64,000 nucleotides of DNA from Felis catus (Eukaryota), in contig NC_058368.1 in assembly GCF_018350175.1 (NCBI RefSeq), positions 129,334,001 through 129,398,000 of the forward strand, in the 5' to 3' direction. Positions 60,511 through 64,000 of the stretch are shown in pieces. Within the stretch, counting starts at the first letter, position 1. Each line of letters starts with the position of its first letter. The position numbers and the translations under genes are program-made. The notes below the pieces were generated by a model that was given only the letters and a program-made list of their open reading frames with translations, had not been told where the DNA came from and did not search any database.

Positions 60511-62379
60511 TCAAGCAAATTTTAATGCGCCAGGAGAAGCTGTTCTTTATTTACAGACCTACATTCTCTCAAACAGTCAGGGAGTCTGTCTTCCGGTTGT
60601 CAAGTTACTAAACCTTGACAACAATGAAGGAGAATTTTAATGTTCCAAGATTTCAATAGATCTGGAGTTTGTGTGGGAAATTGAAGATGCAGGTTTAATG
60701 CGGGACAAGGAGGACAGCCGTATCTTGTAGATTTAAGGCATTTGCTGTGTATACATGTTTGGAGCTGTTTTCTTCTGCAACCACCACTGCCAGCGATAAA
60801 GAATGAATGATACCGAGTTCACAGGACTGATATCCATCAGCAACAGTATTTATTCCAGCCTCATAGGAATAAATACAAGGATGTGCTGATAATTACGCCT
60901 TGATACACGGAAGAGGATAGAAAAACTCTTCCTCAATTTATCTAGCTCTCTGTGAATAATAATGCTGTCTGTGTGTTTATGGGAGGCAAAGTATTTAAAG
61001 CTCTATTGTTATTTTCACAGAAAAACAACTTTGAGAGAGGCATGTTTTCCGTATGCACTGGGAATGTGGGATTTATCTCATGGCCCACGGCCCCCTTTCC
61101 TTTTCTAACCAGCACAAATTCCTAGTGTTTTGATGCATGGGAGACGCTCTGCCTTCACTGTGAGATGACAGAGGCTTACAGAATGTCAAACAGAGCCCTG
61201 GTTTCCTGACTTCTGACCTAGCTCAGGTTTTTCTGTTTCTTTTCTTTCTTTCTTTCTTTTTTTTTTTCCCCTTTACATGACTCAGACAGGCTCTCGGAGG
61301 CCTAGAGATAAAAGGCCTTATTAGAAGTGCAAAATATGACTATTATTACCTCCTTCAATAAGGCTTCTTGCCAATTTTTCAAATGACTAGATTCCGTGTG
61401 CTAATTATTACTCCACAGATTCTGCATTTCATTTTCTTTCCCTGAAGGAGCCCACTTCCTAGGAAGATGAAGACAAGTTGTAAAAAGTGTGTTTACTGCC
61501 ATCTATGGGAGGGAGCGGGGCCACCATGGCAGCAGCAGTGGGTCCCCTTCCCGTGTAAGTCACAAAGCCACACGGAAATGTGCATGCTGTGTACAGGTTT
61601 TGCAGGGGCCTCCGCAGGAAGATACCGCTGGCAATTCATTTGTTTAAAGTTTTCCAGAAATAGAAGTTCACATTCCTGCTTTAGAGAGTGAGAACAAACT
61701 GCCCAGTTCAAGGCCATCATATTCATGTGTCTAGAAACATAGAAGCATGTGGGCCCCTCTCCTAACTCAGGGTTCTCCCCTGTGAGTACCCTCCAGTGTC
61801 CTGGCAGAGAATGCTTGAACTAGAAATTCATTTGCTGGATGATTTTGAATATTCTGAAGGAGGCCAAGAAGTGGGGCCTGATAAAGACCCTCGAATGGCC
61901 AGAATAGATGTCTAAAGTCCATGTGCTGCGTGGCCTAGGAAGTTGACCCACGAATCAGGCTATTATAACAAATTATACTGTTTAAGTATCAGAAACTCAA
62001 TTACAAGATGGAGCAGAGATTTTGAAAGACAGATGTTTGACGGAAACAAAAAGTGATGGCACTGATCCTAAAACCTAGGGAGAAAAGAGGAAACTTAAGG
62101 AAAAAAACGAAACAAAACAAAACACCGGATACAAGAGCCCAAGAGAGCAAAGCAGCTTGGACAATCACAGTAGTGTAGCAATCCGTGTTCATGCTAATGA
62201 TCCAATTATCAAATAATGGTTAGATTTTCTTAGGGTGGTTAAATCAGTAACATGAAAGGAGCAAAGGATACGACAGCACAAGACACGGGAAGAAAAATAT
62301 AAACAGTCCTTGAAATATGAAAAGGTGTTCGACCTCATTCTGCACGACGAAGCTGCAAATTAAAAGTACGAGTTAAAGA

Positions 62380-63465
62380 CAAGCCTCTGAACAGGAGAAA
62401 ACATTTGCAAAACAAATACCATTTAAAGGTATAACCATAAGATACCAAAAGCTCTTCAAACTTGACAGTAAAAATAAACAACCCAATTAAAAGGAAGGCA
62501 AAAGATCTGAACAGATAGGTCACCAAAGAAGATATACAGGTAGCAAATAAATATGTGAAAAGATGCTCAATATCATATGTCGTTGGGGAATTACAAACTG
62601 ACACAACACCACTGGATACTGGATCCTACTATCCACATATGACAATGGCTAAAATCAGAAACAGTGACGACACTAAATGCTGCCACGGATGCACAGAAAC
62701 AGGAACTCCCCTTCGGCGCCTGTGGGAACGCACAGTGGTTGGGCCACTTTGGGAAACAGTACTTACATGTACTCTTACCGAACAATCCAGGAAACGTGCT
62801 TCTTCTAGGTATTTATCCACATGAAACAAAAAATTTACGTTTCTGCAAAAATCTCCGCATGAATGTTTATAGCAGCGTTAGTCGTAATTACCTTAAATCG
62901 GAAGCAACCAAGATGTCCTTCAATAGGTGAATAGATTAAGAAACTGTGATACAGCCAGACAGTGGAATATTATTCAGGGCCAACAAGAAATGAGCTGTGA
63001 CGCCATGAAAAGGTGTGGAGGACCTTTAAATGCCTAATTGTACATGAAAGAAGCCAATCTGAAAAGCCTACATACTGTGACTCCAACTGTATGACTTTTG
63101 GAAAAGGTAAAACTGTGGAGACAATGAAAAGATCAGTGGTTAGCAGGGGTCGGGGATGGTGAGGTGGGATGAACAGGTACAGTACAGAGAATTTTTAAGG
63201 CAGGGAAACTATTCTGTATGATACTGTAATGGTGGATACGTGACATTATGCATATATCAAAACGCAAACACAAAGAGTGAACGACTTAGTTAATAATAAT
63301 GTGTCTGTATCGCTTCATTAATTGTAACAAATAGGCCACACTAAAGTGAGATGTTAATAAGAGGGGAAACTATGTGGTGGGGGGTGGGGCAGAGATGAGG
63401 TATACGGGAAATCTGTACCTCTGGTTCAATCTTTTTGTAAACCTGATATTTATCTCAAAAAATAA
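62380..63465 (+). mobile_element. L1MC-like 3' ORF2 end and 3' UTR
   Basis: caaaagatctgaacagataggtcaccaaagaagatatac...gaagcaaccaagatgtccttcaataggtgaat...gaaagaagccaatctgaaaagcctacatactg. Confidence 0.85.
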
Positions 63466-63471
63466 TGTCTT

Positions 63472-63596
63472 GGGGCATCTCAGTGGCTTGTTGATTAAGC
63501 GTCCAATTCTTGATTTCAGCTCAAGTCATGATCTCACAGTTCACGAGTTCAAACCCCGCTTTGGCCTCTGCCCTGACAATGCGGAACCTGCTTGGG

Positions 63597-63632
<36 letters not shown>

Positions 63633-63687
63633 CTTCCCTTGCTCATGCTCACTTTCTCTCTCTTTTTTAAAATAAATAAACTTAAAA
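63472..63687 (+). mobile_element. Carnivore (feline) SINE
   Basis: ggggcatctcagtggc...gtcatgatctcacagttcacgagttc...(CT)n, aataaa. Confidence 0.9.
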
Positions 63688-63699
63688 TTAAAGTCTCTT

Positions 63700-63790
63700 A
63701 ATTTGAAGAGTGGACAAAGATTATAAAAAAATGGAAACAATAAGAAAGTAGGTGTCGCAATCCTAACGTCAAAGTCAAACCAAACCATAT
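63700..63790 (+). mobile_element. L1 ORF2 endonuclease-region fragment
   Basis: aatggaaacaataagaaagtaggtgtcgcaatccta (NGNNKKVGVAIL) resembles the L1 EN KKAGVAIL motif. Confidence 0.55.
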
Positions 63791-63791
63791 A

Positions 63792-63998
63792 TTTTTTAAT
63801 GTTTATTTTTGAGAGAGAGAGAGAGAGAGAACAAGTTGGGGAGGGGCAGAGAGAGAGAGGGAGGCACAGAATCCAAAGCAAGCTTCAGGCTCTGAGCCAT
63901 CAGCATGGCACCCCATGAGGGGCTTGAACTCACAAATCACGAGATCATGACCTAAGCCAAAATTGGATGCTTAACCGACCGAACCACCCAGGCACCCC
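63792..63998 (-). mobile_element. Carnivore (feline) SINE
   Basis: ttttaatgtttatttttgagag...gagatcatgacc...ccacccaggcacccc. Confidence 0.95.
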
Positions 63999-64000
63999 AA

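Noticed and set aside
6123..63998. tRNA-like A/B boxes and recurring MAQSVKHL-type or CVCV/HTHT ORFs
   Set aside because: These are SINE heads and dinucleotide microsatellites, not tRNA genes or proteins
1..64000. Prokaryotic-type systems (CRISPR arrays, operons, defence islands)
   Set aside because: The sequence is mammalian; no regularly spaced repeat-spacer array or gene-dense region is present

Overview
Mammalian genomic DNA, almost certainly a felid (cat-like). It carries 14 tRNA-derived carnivore SINEs with feline-type diagnostic sequence and cat-type L1 3' ends, on a background of ancient eutherian repeats (L1M, L2, MIR, MaLR/MLT1, ERVL/LTR16, hAT and mariner relics). I recognise no protein-coding gene, intact tRNA, rRNA or CRISPR array. 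The ORF track is explained by repeats, microsatellites and chance, so the window looks intronic or intergenic. Best-supported unusual items: (i) a tailless retrocopy of a tRNA-Ile 5' half with a target-site duplication (TSD) and G at the wobble position (1529-1566); (ii) a 62-nt L1 insertion that appears to carry a 3' transduction (27297-27358); (iii) two splice-site-bounded segments that join in one open frame (7903-8331); (iv) an LTR-internal-LTR MaLR relic (18552-21151); (v) several repeat-free, motif-dense candidate enhancers, one with a nested hairpin. I found no convincing new biological system. Repeat family names come from recalled consensus sequences rather than a search, and old-repeat boundaries are approximate (tens of bp).
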